A stretch of 56,392 nucleotides of DNA, filler included, from Sphacelaria rigidula (taxonomy: Eukaryota), in assembly GCA_964200075.2 (NCBI GenBank). It is 6 parts of 6 records of this genome, joined end to end, with 100 filler letters (N's around TTAATTAATTAA, not from the genome) between each part and the next. Parts side by side here need not be neighbours in the genome. Positions count along the whole stretch, not along the records: positions 37,663 to 46,977 come from CAXNAA020008769.1; positions 47,078 to 56,392 come from CAXNAA020008770.1; 4 more parts are not named here. One strand, given 5' to 3'. The position numbers and the translations under genes are program-made. The notes beneath the pieces are model-generated. The model did not search any database, was not told the DNA's origin, and worked only from the letters and a program-made list of their open reading frames with translations. Of the stretch, positions 37,663-49,406 are shown piece after piece (position 1 is the stretch's first letter; each line of letters opens with the position of its first letter).

Positions 37663-39260
37663 CTCTCGTCGAATTTCGTGTCATCGATCACGTCGATACT
37701 GTCCCACAGGTATTCCTTGACTAAAACCCCTACCCCCCCCGCTCCCCTGCCCTTGTCCTTCTGTTCCTTCCGCTCCTTCCCAATCCATGCGTACTCTTCA
37801 ACTTTGCACCCTATTCATCTCCCCCCTTTCTCTCAAGACTCTTGGATTCCTACTATGTCTAGGTCGCGCTTCCTTACTTGTTTGAATATCTCTGTTCTTG
37901 TTTTAATATCTCTGTTCTTGTTTTAATATCTCTATTCTTTTGCGCTCGTCTGTGGCGAATGCACACACGTTCCACGATCCTATTCTCAACTTCCTGTCCG
38001 AATCATAATCTTCTGTCTTGTTGTCTCCTACCCTCTTCCCGTGTCTCTTACTTCTACTTCCCCTTGCTTGATTGCTCTTCCCGTTTCTCGGATGATCCTT
38101 ATCTATTTGCTTCGGCCCGCTATGTCCCCTCCCCTTCCCTTTCTGGATTCTTACCTGTTCCTGCCTCTCTTTCCCTCCGTTTGCCCGTGCACTACGTCAT
38201 GGGTTTGCTATTCCGTTAGCAATGCATACTCTCCATCCTACCCTTCTAACCCATGCCGATACCTCACTTGTTTCTATCATTTCCCACTCCTTGCTCGCGC
38301 TCTGTTTAAGTGTGACTCGGAAATGTTCCCCCTTCTTTTCTATTTTTCCTGTTGCCAAACAGTATAACCCAACTTCATCGCATTTCGTTTCAAACTCTAT
38401 TCTCGTCATGTCGCTACAGACTCCAAATATCAGCCCTACTAGTATTTTACCCGACCACTCTTTACTCCTCCATCTCCCCTTCCTTACCGTCTCTCTCTCA
38501 ATCTCCTTCGAAAGAATCTCCAGCTTGTTCGTTTCAATTGTATTGTTGAGGTATCTTCAACGCACTGGGACATCCCAATCCTAGTACTCTTTGGGGGCCT
38601 GGTTCCTTTCAGTTCTTCTGCTGGCTCACCGACACTAAATAACGCCTCCAACACGGGCTCGTAGCCTGAAGCCAAGTTCAACACCTTTGACACAAGTACC
38701 CCACGTTTTGTGTCAGGCGATCTTCACGGTATACCATCCAGGCGTCCCACGATCGTATCTTCTCTTCTTGCCCCGTTGCTGTTCTGGTTACTCTCCTCCG
38801 GGGGAGTTATTTTCACCGTATAAGGTTCAAGGACGGCTTTCATAACAGAAGGTCCTACTCACATCGGTATGTCCCGTACACCACTTTTCCACTCCGTGTA
38901 TGGTTCACCATGGGTCGCTAGTTCACTGATGCTTCCGAGTAGGCCTTTGCTGCCGATCGCTTGGTCAACGATTCCCCCACACTTTGTGCCAACTTCTATC
39001 CTTCAAGATCTCAAAAAGTCTACGTACCGCTTGGTGCTCCTTCTCGTACGTCATGTGGTCGGTCATCGGTAAGGTGTTTATTTCATGAGTGCCGTAGGTC
39101 TTGACTTTTATGCCATGCACTGTCCACCCCTTCCCTTCACTAGGCGCATTTTGCACCCAATGGCGGAAATTCTGGAAATGGCTGACCAGACTTCTACCGC
39201 CTAATGGGAACCGGTAAGGTTTTACGGGTATCCCACCACGAGACCCCAACCTCCATGTGA
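37663..39260 (-). mobile_element. 5' part of a degenerate LINE: long upstream coding region running into the APE endonuclease
   Basis: Minus strand reads KLRIGSWNVCAF (~37990-37955), DLDIVGIQES*E and GRGAGGVGVLVKEYL up to the contig edge. A 20-bp triplication at ~37884-37932 shifts the frame. About 420 codons of interrupted frame lie upstream. Confidence 0.85.
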
Positions 39261-39484
39261 ATTTGACATGGAGGAGGTAATGACCCTACCCTATCCGTAC
39301 TGGTTATATATTCTGTACTTTCGGTTTGTATGTAAGGTGGTCAACCTTCACGCTATTACTAACATGTCAAGGTTTTGGCTTTATTCTTGTCTCACGTTTG
39401 TTATGATATTGGGGGGGAGAATCTCGGCTGTTTCCAGACTTGATATGGGACAGTAGATCTGTTCTTTTCGCTATTCCTCGTTCC

Positions 39485-39753
39485 TGTTCGGGCTGTGTTA
39501 TTGCAGGTAAAATGATGCTATGTCCGGTCTGTGTTACGGTAAGTCAAATATGAAGGATGGTCAGCTACTCTATTCCATGTCTATGTCCGGGCTGTGTTAT
39601 GGTAGGCTAAAGGAACAGGATGGTTAGTTACTCTATTCCATGTCTATGTCCAGGCTGTGTTATGGTAGGCTAAAGAAACAGGATGGTTAGTTACTCTATT
39701 CCATGTCCATGTCTGGGCTGTGTCATGGCAGGTTAAAGAAAAAAGGGGATTAG
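39485..39753. repeat. ~61-bp minisatellite, 4-5 copies
   Basis: Unit GGCTGTGTTATGGTAGGCTAAAG.AACAGGATGGTTAGTTACTCTATTCCATGTCTATGTCC. Confidence 0.9.
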
Positions 39754-40115
39754 TGTGGGAGATATCCCCTTGCAGTGACATATCAGAGACTGATGTTACA
39801 CATGTACACAGACCGAAGGCAAACAGGTACGAGGTAGGAACGTTCCGGAAGGACAAGATTGCCCGAGGACCCTGTAATGCCAACGAAACTAGACAACTCG
39901 GGGTGATGCCAGGAAGAGCCTAATATTCAGGACGATCCAACATCCCCCGAGGAACTCGGTCGCCTCCAGCGACCACTCTATGTCTGACCCACTTCTTGCC
40001 TACATCTCACAAGAGGAAACCATCGTCAGCTTCGGAGTTCCTTCGGCATCAGGACGACATCTCTTGGGACAGCCTCTGCCTCAGTCTGTTCCCCCTTTGA
40101 TACGTCCTCCTTACA
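39754..40115 (+). repeat. Putative 5' LTR (362 bp)
   Basis: TGTGGGAG...CTCCTTACA imperfect terminal inverted repeat. It starts where the minisatellite breaks off and is followed by a PBS. Confidence 0.6.
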
Positions 40116-40116
40116 C

Positions 40117-40138
40117 TGGCGACACCAGATTAGAACCC
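40117..40138 (+). promoter_or_regulatory. Primer-binding site complementary to a tRNA 3' end (Ser-like, tentative)
   Basis: TGGCGACACCAGATTAGAACCC begins 1 nt after the LTR CA. Its reverse complement GGGTTCTAATCTGGTGTCGCCA resembles a T-loop plus acceptor stem plus CCA. Confidence 0.65.
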
Positions 40139-40176
40139 AAGTAAGACATCTAATAGTTGGGCACACGTCTTTCACG

Positions 40177-41988
40177 ATGCCGAGAAAAAAGTCCGCCCAC
40201 AAAAAATCCACCAGAACAACTACTCAGGGAAAAGCCACCGCGAAGACCCTCCAACAGTCAACCGCAACCGTCACACCATCAGCTTCCACCTCGGCGGCGG
40301 TTTCGGCAGAGTCCAGAGGCGCAGCACAGTCAGTAATACCTGCGCCGACCGACACAACTCTGCCAGCTCAACGCCCGTATAGCCACGAGGAGGAAAGCGA
40401 CAGCGACAACTCGGAGGACTCCGAGCGGAGCACCGATATCCGTCAGGTATCCACCGGCAGGTTTGATGTCCTTCGCGACCCCACCAACCTATCCTCATCC
40501 TCTACACAAAACCCTATGCCACAACCCACCGTCAAAGAAAAGGCAGCAGAGCTCGCTTATAGGGCGTTGGAGAGGAGTGACGAGGAGGGCACGGAACCAG
40601 CTCCGTGGGTGATGCAAGCTTTGGGGTTTTCAGTACCGCAGGAACAGGGAGTTTCACAGGTATCGAAATCGGGCAACCCAGTAGCGTCGGAAGTAGAACA
40701 TTCAAGTGACAATACGATGCTACAAAACAATACCAGTAAACCCCAGGATAGTGTCAACGATCCAGTCGATAGTTTCGAAGTCGAACTGCCTAACACTACG
40801 CCGATCCAATCCACAGAGAGCTCAGGGACTTTGACGTTAGATCCGCCAACAAGCCTCACTAGCGTACAAGAAAACAGCCACAACATAGAGCCTCTGTCCA
40901 GTTCAGTGCTGACTCCGCCATCGACAAGCCATAGTCGCAACATGAGAACTCAAAAAATTTCGATGAAACAATCGGATCTTCCACCAACGTTAATCCTAGA
41001 GGGAAAGCGGAGTGAGGACGTACCAGCAATTCTTGATGCGTTCCTCAATCGAGTTAGGATTCATGCCCCTGACGATTGCACAGAGTCCACAGTACAACGG
41101 CATGCCATAAAACACTTACCACTTATTCTCAGAGGATAAGCAGAAAAGCTATACACCCCTCTCGGAAGCGGAAAAGTAGAGTGGCGTCCACTAGCCGTGC
41201 TGCAGGACCTCAAATCAAGAGGAGAAGATACCGCACCCATCGCCCCGAAAACATGGACAGAATGGGTAGCGGCCTACACTCATCGCTTCTCTCCACCAAA
41301 CCAACTAGCACTGTTAGCCCGTGCGATAGCCGATCTGAAACAAAAGGAAGATCAAAACGTAGACGACTATGCACTGGAGTGTACGACCTCGATGGACAGA
41401 TTCGTGACCGAGGCCTTGCGGGTGAAATTCCCTGGCCACGACACGCTTCGTTTCATAATAGACGTGATCACAACAGCAGCATTTGAGACCGGGCTCAAAC
41501 CCCATATCAGAGTTGAAATGGTGAGAGAAGATAGTACGCTCGACTTCCAAACTGCGACAGCACGAGCGAAAAAACACGAACAAAACAATCTTCGCACATG
41601 GCCAAACCAAACGGGAGACACTCCCCATGTCTCGGCCGCAACTGTAAATTCCCCACGTCCACAGCTAGCGGAAATGATAGCCGATCATGGCGCAATCCTC
41701 ACGGATCTTCAGTCGCAGTTGAAAGCGATCAAAGGAGAGAGAGGGAGAGCGGAGAAACGGTCTGCTAGCAGAGACAGGAGCGCGAATAGATCAGGGGGAG
41801 AGTTGAAAAAAGTACGCTTCAAAGACAGTAACGATAAGAGTACATCCAACGACAAGCAGTTGAGCGGTAAAACGAAAAAGTCGGTCCGTTGTGAGTACGC
41901 ACCATGCAGGTACAAAAACACACACGAGACAGCAGATTGCCGCCTTATGCAAAGCCATGTAGAGTTTGCCAAAAAATACAAACCGTGA
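40177..41988 (+). pseudogene. gag: Gag (frameshifted at ~41135-41195)
   Basis: ORFs 40177-41139 and 41197-41988. Capsid-like segment WTEW..RFSP..LKQKEDQNVDDY..FETGLKPHIR; C-terminal CEYAPCRYKNTHETADC knuckle. Confidence 0.85.
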
Positions 41989-42099
41989 AGGCGCCCAAGA
42001 GAGGACCCCTCGTCTGATCAGGGCAAAAACCGTAAATCCTTACGTAGAAAATCGAGGGAAACAGAAAGATGCGAAATCGTCAACCCTCTGGCTCGTAAG

Positions 42100-45000
42100 A
42101 TGGGAGAGTTTCAATTTTCTGACAGTGCGACAGACCAACCACGGAGAATGCGTAAGAGGTCCCGGGTAGAGGTCAACCATGTACGGGATGAGCACGAGCA
42201 GGAGCGTAGCGGCAAAGAGCAGAGTACAAATAGCGAATGCGTAGAACAGACGCAACGTATATTTTTGGCTCCGCAGGCGGCTTTTGTGAATAGCTCACGG
42301 CAGAAAAATAAAAAATCGAAACACCAATCTTCGTTTTCAAACCCGATCCTAAATGATCACTGTTACGGCTCTTACAACGCATCTTCGCTTGCCAGATATA
42401 CAGTTGCACCTTTAGCACTGTCCTGCGCATCAACCCGTGTGAGAGTCACAGCCAGAGTAAACGGCACTTCCGCTGAGAAAATCACAATTGATTCTGCAGC
42501 AGACGTGCCCTGTATCAGCAAAACGTTCATCGACGAACACCCGGCCATAATGGCAGCTGATATAAAACCAGTACCGCCAGGATCGATAGACCTCAGAAGT
42601 GCGGACGGCTCACCCATGAAAATTCTAGGTTTCATACGTTTTGAACTTACGTTAGGGATAAAAACCCTACCAGTAGAAGCGTTCGTTTTACCTAACCTAG
42701 GGCCAGATTACCTTTTACTGGACAATTCAGTCATGAGTGCTTTCCAAGCTATACTCGACTGGCAAGCGGAAGAGCTAACATTCCGCGATTCCAGTGTAAA
42801 GGTCAAAGCATCGCATCGAAAACAACGGCGTTCACAAAATACAACACACCCCGGAACGACACATTGTTCTGTAGTCAGTGTGAACTGTTCTAACGCTGTC
42901 CCAGTTTTTCTCACGAAGAAATGCAATGTGCCCCCGCAGAGTGAGATGGCCGTATTAGTTGAAACGGAAAATACCCCGTCAAGAACAACAGCAGCCGTCG
43001 TAGAGCCACGCATTATAACCGAAGAAGACATTCGATCAACCGATGTACCCCAAGCGTTCACGCGCATCATCGTTGCAAGGACGGTGTCCACATTTTCGGC
43101 AACAAATAAAACGGCAATGGTACAAATCGCGAATCCGTCAAATCGACATGTGAACCTGAAACGTTATACGATTTTAGGCTATATCACCCCAGTACGAGAA
43201 ACAAAACCAGCTGCAGTCAGTGCAATGGCGGGAAATAAGGTGTCAGAGAGAAAAAATGCGAAAGAGGAAATACGTCCGGCTTTACGCAAAGCTTTCGAAA
43301 ATACGACTTTCCCCCCGGAACAATGCTCTCAAATACTGGATCTTTGCGCAAAATACCGTTCTGTGTTTTCACTTAATCCGCAGGAGTTGGGCTGTTGTAC
43401 TTTAGATGAAGCACGTTCTCCGCTCAAACCTGGGACTCAGCTGGTAGACCGAGCACCATATAGAGCAAACCCCAGAGTGCAAGACGCAATCGACAAATGC
43501 GTCGACCAAATGGGAAAAGAGGGTATAGTCGAACAACGCCCAAGCCCGGGGGGATCAGCGGTTACAATAGTCGCAAAAGCAGATGGAAGAGCATCATTTT
43601 GCGTGGATTATCGAGCAACAATAAATAAAAACTTGATTCGCAAATCATGGCCCATGCCAGCTATCGAAAGTCACATAGATACAGTAGCGGGGGCGAAATC
43701 CATGACAGTTTGCGATGCACAAAGTGCGTTCCACCAGATACCAGTAGCGGAAAGCGAAAAAGAGGAAACAGCGTTTGTATCTCAGAAGGAGGAATGGGTG
43801 TTCAACCGGTTACCATTTGGTTTAGCGTGTTCACCCTTCATCTTCTCACGCATAATGGCACTAGCATTTGCACACTTCGGACTTAAGAGTGGCTTACTAG
43901 TGTATATGGATGACATAATTTGTTGTTCATCAAGCTGGGAGAGTCATCTCACCCTACTAGAAAGCACGTTCCAAGCACTGCAAACAGCAGGCCTTACACA
44001 AAAGCCGACAAAAATCCAATTTGGTCCAAAGCAAGTCAAGTATTTGGGTCATGTACTGTCCGCAGATGGCATCAGAGTGAGTGATGGAGGAATAAAAGCT
44101 ATCCTCGACTTGCCGAAACCCACCAATATTGAGGAGTTGAGATCAGTACTCGGTACAATAAATTCCGTACGGAAATTCATACCAGACTTGGCTACAACCA
44201 TAGCACACTGGTAGATCCCACAAAAAGAGGGGCGGCAAAACAAGTGTCGAAACTCTGGAATACTGAACATGATGAAGCCTTCGAGAAAATTAAAAAAATG
44301 ATGACTGAGGCACCCGTCCTTCATTTTCCAGATTTCACGAAAGACTTCATCATAAACGTTGATGCTTCAGACCTTGGGGCCGGGGCCTACGTCTCCCAAA
44401 GGAAAGGCAAAGACGAGGCGATCGTAGCATACTTCAGTCAACGTTTCAACGACGCCCAGGCCCGCTATTCGCCCACCATGAAAGAATGTTACGTGGTCGT
44501 ACTAGCGATTCAACATTTCAGAGCTTTTCTCTGGGAACGTCACTTTACGTGTGTAACGGACCATGCCGCTCTTCGATACTTGTATGCGATGCAGGATACA
44601 AGTAATATGTTGACCCGATGGGCGATCGCAATGCAATCGTATGATTTCACGGTCAAACATAAACCGGGGAAACTTCATGTTATACCGGACACCCTCTCAC
44701 GGCTATTTGCGTTTGAAAAGCGACATGAAACAGAAATGAAGCCGTTGCTTGCGCCGATATGCTGTAATGTCCCAGAAGACCCTGAGTTACAGATAGCTAA
44801 GCCACAACATCAGTTCCAGATTTCAGCTGAAAAGCTTGACAATTTGAAACCGTTGCAAAGTGATCGAGAGTTATTCACCGTGAAATTAGTATACGTAAGC
44901 GCAGCGAACGTCTTCACGTCAATCAACCACAAAAAATTGCGAGAAGAGCAAGCACTAGAGTACGGTCCCTACATCGAATATATCACGGAAAAAGATATTC

Positions 45001-46554
45001 CGATACCAGAAAAAGAATCGCTCACATCGACGTCACAAATATGCAGTACATGACGGGATTTTATTTAAATCTTACTTGCAGAGACACTTGAAAAAATGAA
45101 GCACACTTTGTGACCAACGTGTGCTTCCTAAGACCCTAATAGGCTTGGTGCTACATGCGTAACACGACCATGCACTATCAGGAGGCCACTTAGCATTCAA
45201 GCGAACATACGACAAAATCCGACCGAAGTATTATTGGCCATCAATGAACCGCGATATCAAGGATTGGTGCTTAAAATGTTAGAGTTGCCAACGCCGAAAG
45301 ACGCCCCGCCGGCAAAAACTGCCAATGGGACACATTCCAGTAGAGAGGCCATATGAACGAGTGTCGGTTGATCTGGTTGAATACAAAACGGCTTCAATGT
45401 CCAACGCCGGAGTACTATGTAAATACGTACTGGCAGTAATTGACCACCTCACAAGGTATGCTTTGCTCATTCCAGTCCCGAATAAACAAGTCACGGCGAT
45501 AGCCAAAACCGTTATCGACAGAGTTTTTACAACATTTGGCATCCCAATGAAGCTCCACAGCGATCAAGGGGCCGAGTTTGAGAACAAATTAATATACGCA
45601 CTGCAACAAGAGTTAGGTTTCGATAAGACACGTATGACCCCACTACGTCCGCAAGGCAACTCAGTGTCGGAACGCGTCCACTCCACTATGCACATGATGT
45701 TATCGATGCATATGTCAATCGGAAACACAAACTGGGCATCCATGCTTCCATTCGTCCAAATGGCGTACAATACCTCTTATCATAACACAGTACAAGAGAC
45801 ACCGTATTTTCTGTTGTTTGGAAGACAGCCCAGGTTGCCAGTGGACATGATTCTCGGCATACCAGAAGAGAGCCAAGCGGCGACACCCGAGGAATTTTCC
45901 AAGGAAACACGGGAGAACCTACAGTTTGGATTTGAAATCGCGAGACAAGCCTTGCGAGAAAGGTCGAACGAGCAAGAAAACAAAAACAAACTAAAATCTT
46001 TCCCAGTGTTTAAACCGGGGCAAAAAGTACTCTTGTATCGACCATTTCAAGACTCAGAAGGACCGAATCCCAAACTCCAGTTACCATGGAGAGGTCCATT
46101 CGCGATAAACGAGAGGCGATCGCCGATTGTATACAAAATCAAAATAGGCGACGGCTCCAAGGAGAGAGCAGTACATCTCGCTCACCTCAAGAAATATCAC
46201 CCGCGAGACACCGCACCAGCACCAGACTTTGATAGGTTAAGTGAGCTGTTCTTAGGTAGACAGATACCTCCACCAGTGATAGACCAACCAGACGGAACAT
46301 TGCCCACAATAGAACGCTACACCGTCAAAAAAGTGGTAGGTCACGCGCCAGGCCCAGGTCGGAAGAGTAGCCACAACTATAAATATCGGTTGAGACTAAA
46401 AGGTTACGGCCCAGCGGCTGACCTGACCTACCGTGCGGATGAAATACCGCAATGCAGACATCTCATTGATGAATACCGTCATGACAATGGGTTAGCTGAA
46501 CGCTCACATCCGGATTCGAAATCCAAAACTACAGGGAAACGGAAACGGACGTGA
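42100..46554 (+). pseudogene. pol: Pol polyprotein (protease, RT, RNase H, integrase, chromodomain) with frameshifts and stops
   Basis: ITIDSAA (protease); CVDYR, LPFGL, VYMDDII (RT); VDASDLGAG and TDH (RNase H); VSVDLV, LHSDQGAEF, NSVSER (integrase); WRGPF; YTVKKVVGH..YRLRLKGYG (chromodomain). Breaks at ~44214 and 45053-45281. Confidence 0.95.
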
Positions 46555-48646
46555 CTGCTCAACAGACTGTACGAGCGCCTTAGCAACACGCTCAAGGGTT
46601 GAACAGTAGCCTGGGGTCAAAATTCGGAGATTAATGAGAGTCAACAACGTTAGAACAATACGGACATGAGCGGAACGAGATCTGACATGTCAGCGGTGTC
46701 GGAGGTGAAACTTCCCAAGGAAGATCACCTCTCAGCAATGGGGGTAGTTGCTGACAGGAAGTGAGGGTCATTTTTGCGATGTTTAGCCAGAAGCGCAATG
46801 CTCACAGACGGAAAACATCGTACCCACCGCTTTGTTACTAACGCAAGGACGTAGTCCCACGCAGGTGTCAGAGGAACCGAAGGTGTCCCAGTACCCGGGC
46901 GTGAATAACCCAGGCGCCCGTGGATCGATAAGTGTCCCAGTGCCCAGTCATGTAGACCAGCAGAGACAACCAGCACCNNNNNNNNNNNNNNNNNNNNNNN
47001 NNNNNNNNNNNNNNNNNNNNNTTAATTAATTAANNNNNNNNNNNNNNNNNNNNNNNNNNNNNNNNNNNNNNNNNNNNTCCGTGCCGGCATTGTAGGGATG
47101 CGAGGCCAATGGTCTAATGACTATGGCATGTATGATCATGACTACACCCACTCCCCGTCCGGGTGTCGTCACATTTTTTACTGGGTATGCGGTTCGTCCG
47201 CCCCCTTCCGCCGGTCCGCTTCTCACGCCAGTCCTGGGTTCCAGCAAGACCTACCCACCTGTCCAACTCCAATCCTCGAGAACCTCCACAAACCAAGAAA
47301 CTATTGCACGTATACCCACAGTCACAAGGAAGGTGGAGTGTTTCCGCTATCCTTGGGCCTCTCTCGCATCGTTAACAGCGCACACGCCTTTTTGGCGTAG
47401 TAAGTGATCGCTAATCATCCAGAGTACGGACCCAAAAAAGCAAAACCAATTTGGAAAATAGTTTTTGGCCACATGAGCATACACACACTTCAGCGTATCC
47501 CCACGCACAAAAAGAGAGATATCACACACAGCAAACACGCACGAATGTGAAGCAAGTGATTGTCGTCGACAGACAATTGTGGGGATGCTTCTCTTCTATA
47601 TAGTATTATCCCCCCTCCTTTATAAGACTTTTGTACCCATTTGACCTGAAGCCATGGTGCAGAGGCTGGCCATTCCCGACTTCATTTCTGTATTTCATTT
47701 ATAAATGTGAGTATACCTAGCTTTTCTCCGTTCCTTCCCTTCCCTTTTTCTGCTTGTTTTCGTTCTTGTTCTTGTTTTCTTTCCCATTTGTCGTTTTTGT
47801 TCTTCAGCGTACTCTGTTTGCTCTCGTTCTTTTTCTCTCTAGCGAGCGTTTCCATTTTGTTCAGCCCGGGTACGTACATTCTCTGGATGATGACCACGAC
47901 ATGAATAGGTCACATCACATTATGTTACATCAAATACCACATCCCTCGGAGATCATTTCATGTGCGACAACGGATCAAGTAACCAGTGGAAGCAATGGTT
48001 GTTCTGTCGCTACTCGACGAGAACAACTTTGTCGAGGTACAGTACTCCAACCTTTTTCGCCGACCACCCTTTTTCACATGTCTTCAGCGTATGTTCACTT
48101 AACAAGGCGATACTCTGAGCAGTTGACTTTCCCCGTGACTTTGTGAGCTCTGCTTGCTATTTAATCGCCCACCAGTGTTCTTATCCCCAACCAAAATCTC
48201 ACGATTTTGTATTGCCCGCTTTCCTTCATGCGACTCTTTTAACTTGCTGCGTTTGATCGGGGCCGGGATATGAAACTGGAACCTTCTGCTCATCAAGCCC
48301 GTATCGGTAGAGTCATTTCACCAGTGTCGCCATGATCGATGTGAAAGGGCCACTACCCTTGACGGATGCTTACGACCATGGCAATATTTCCCATGTTTGT
48401 AGTACCGTTATGGGGGTGGATGAAGGCCTTACCGACCAAAAAAAAATATATGAACGCGGAGGGATGTTGAAGACGTATTGAAGACGCCATTGACTGGTCG
48501 GACCTGCGCCGAACCTCTGCCGAACAGAACACACGCTCCACCCGAAGAAGTTACCTAGGTTTTGTATGCGACAGCTGTAATTTTTTCATCACATAGTCCT
48601 CGAGACAGGAATCAAACTGGCCTATGGCACTTGACAGCCCCCCGCA

Positions 48647-48828
48647 CACACACTAGATCTATTCAGTGCCGCGGCGGATTTGCTTAGTTTGCCACAGCGG
48701 ATCCGAAAAGCCCCCGAACGTTGAAGAAACCGTGTTTTTTAGTACATTTTGGCGGTTTGCGAAGTGCTGCGGGCTCCGCGGCACGCGTTACGGAAAGCCG
48801 CCGCCCCACTGAACAGTTCTGGTGTGTG
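48647..48828. mobile_element. Small MITE-like element with ~35-bp imperfect TIRs
   Basis: Left end CACACACTAGATCTATTCAGTGCCGCGGCGG versus the reverse complement of the right end CACACACCAGAACTGTTCAGTGGGGCGGCGG. Confidence 0.6.
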
Positions 48829-49406
48829 GGAAGCGCACACATCAAACCACAGTCCAATCCTTTCCTTCGTTGCCGAGATATCTGCGTTGAAAGATGAGCA
48901 CAACAACATACTGCAACAAGAAGGGCACAACAACAACACGAGCAGCAGCTCCTATCCTTCTGTTGTTGTCACCCTGTGCACAGGTGGATAGCAACGTCAG
49001 TCACAGGGTTGTTGTAGAATGTACTACAGCAACAGTACATTTCGTATGGGCGCCGTCGTCATTTCGAGTGACGTGTGTACTTGTGATTGATACTGATTGG
49101 CTCATGTAGGTTTCATTTCTTCTACATTCAACTAACCGTGTAGTTGATCGGTCCATTTTCCCTGTATATAGTGCCCAAAATCGGGTCCCATTCACCCCCA
49201 TAACTGTAGTATCTGTCTATGTCATGTAAGGAATAGTAGTGACGGGACTAGAAAGGGCCGGCCCACGTCTGCGACCACGGGTTCGAAGGCTCGGACGAAT
49301 GTGGGGAAATACCACCACCACCCCCACTACTACTACTACCACTACTACTAAGTACCTCGAACCATGCGTTGCTCTGCAGAGAAAAAAAAAGAAAAAGAAA
49401 ATTTAC

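Larger units (their letters stand above)
39754..46977 (+). mobile_element. Ty3/Gypsy LTR retrotransposon with chromodomain integrase; near full length, mildly decayed, 3' LTR outside the contig
   Basis: Order is putative 5' LTR, PBS, gag, then PR-RT-RH-INT-chromodomain. Confidence 0.95.

Noticed and set aside
39735-39753. PPT-like purine tract just before the 5' LTR, suggesting tandem elements sharing one LTR or a one-LTR circle
   Set aside because: The tract aligns with the AAAGAAACAGGATGGTTAG part of the 61-bp minisatellite unit, so insertion into the minisatellite is simpler. It is not fully excluded without the element's 3' end.
48739-48818. Minus-strand LFSGAAAFR as the next ALDH6 exon (expected TAIFT.SGAAARKF)
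   Set aside because: It lies in a MITE TIR, lacks the following GQ.GIN motif and hits a stop.
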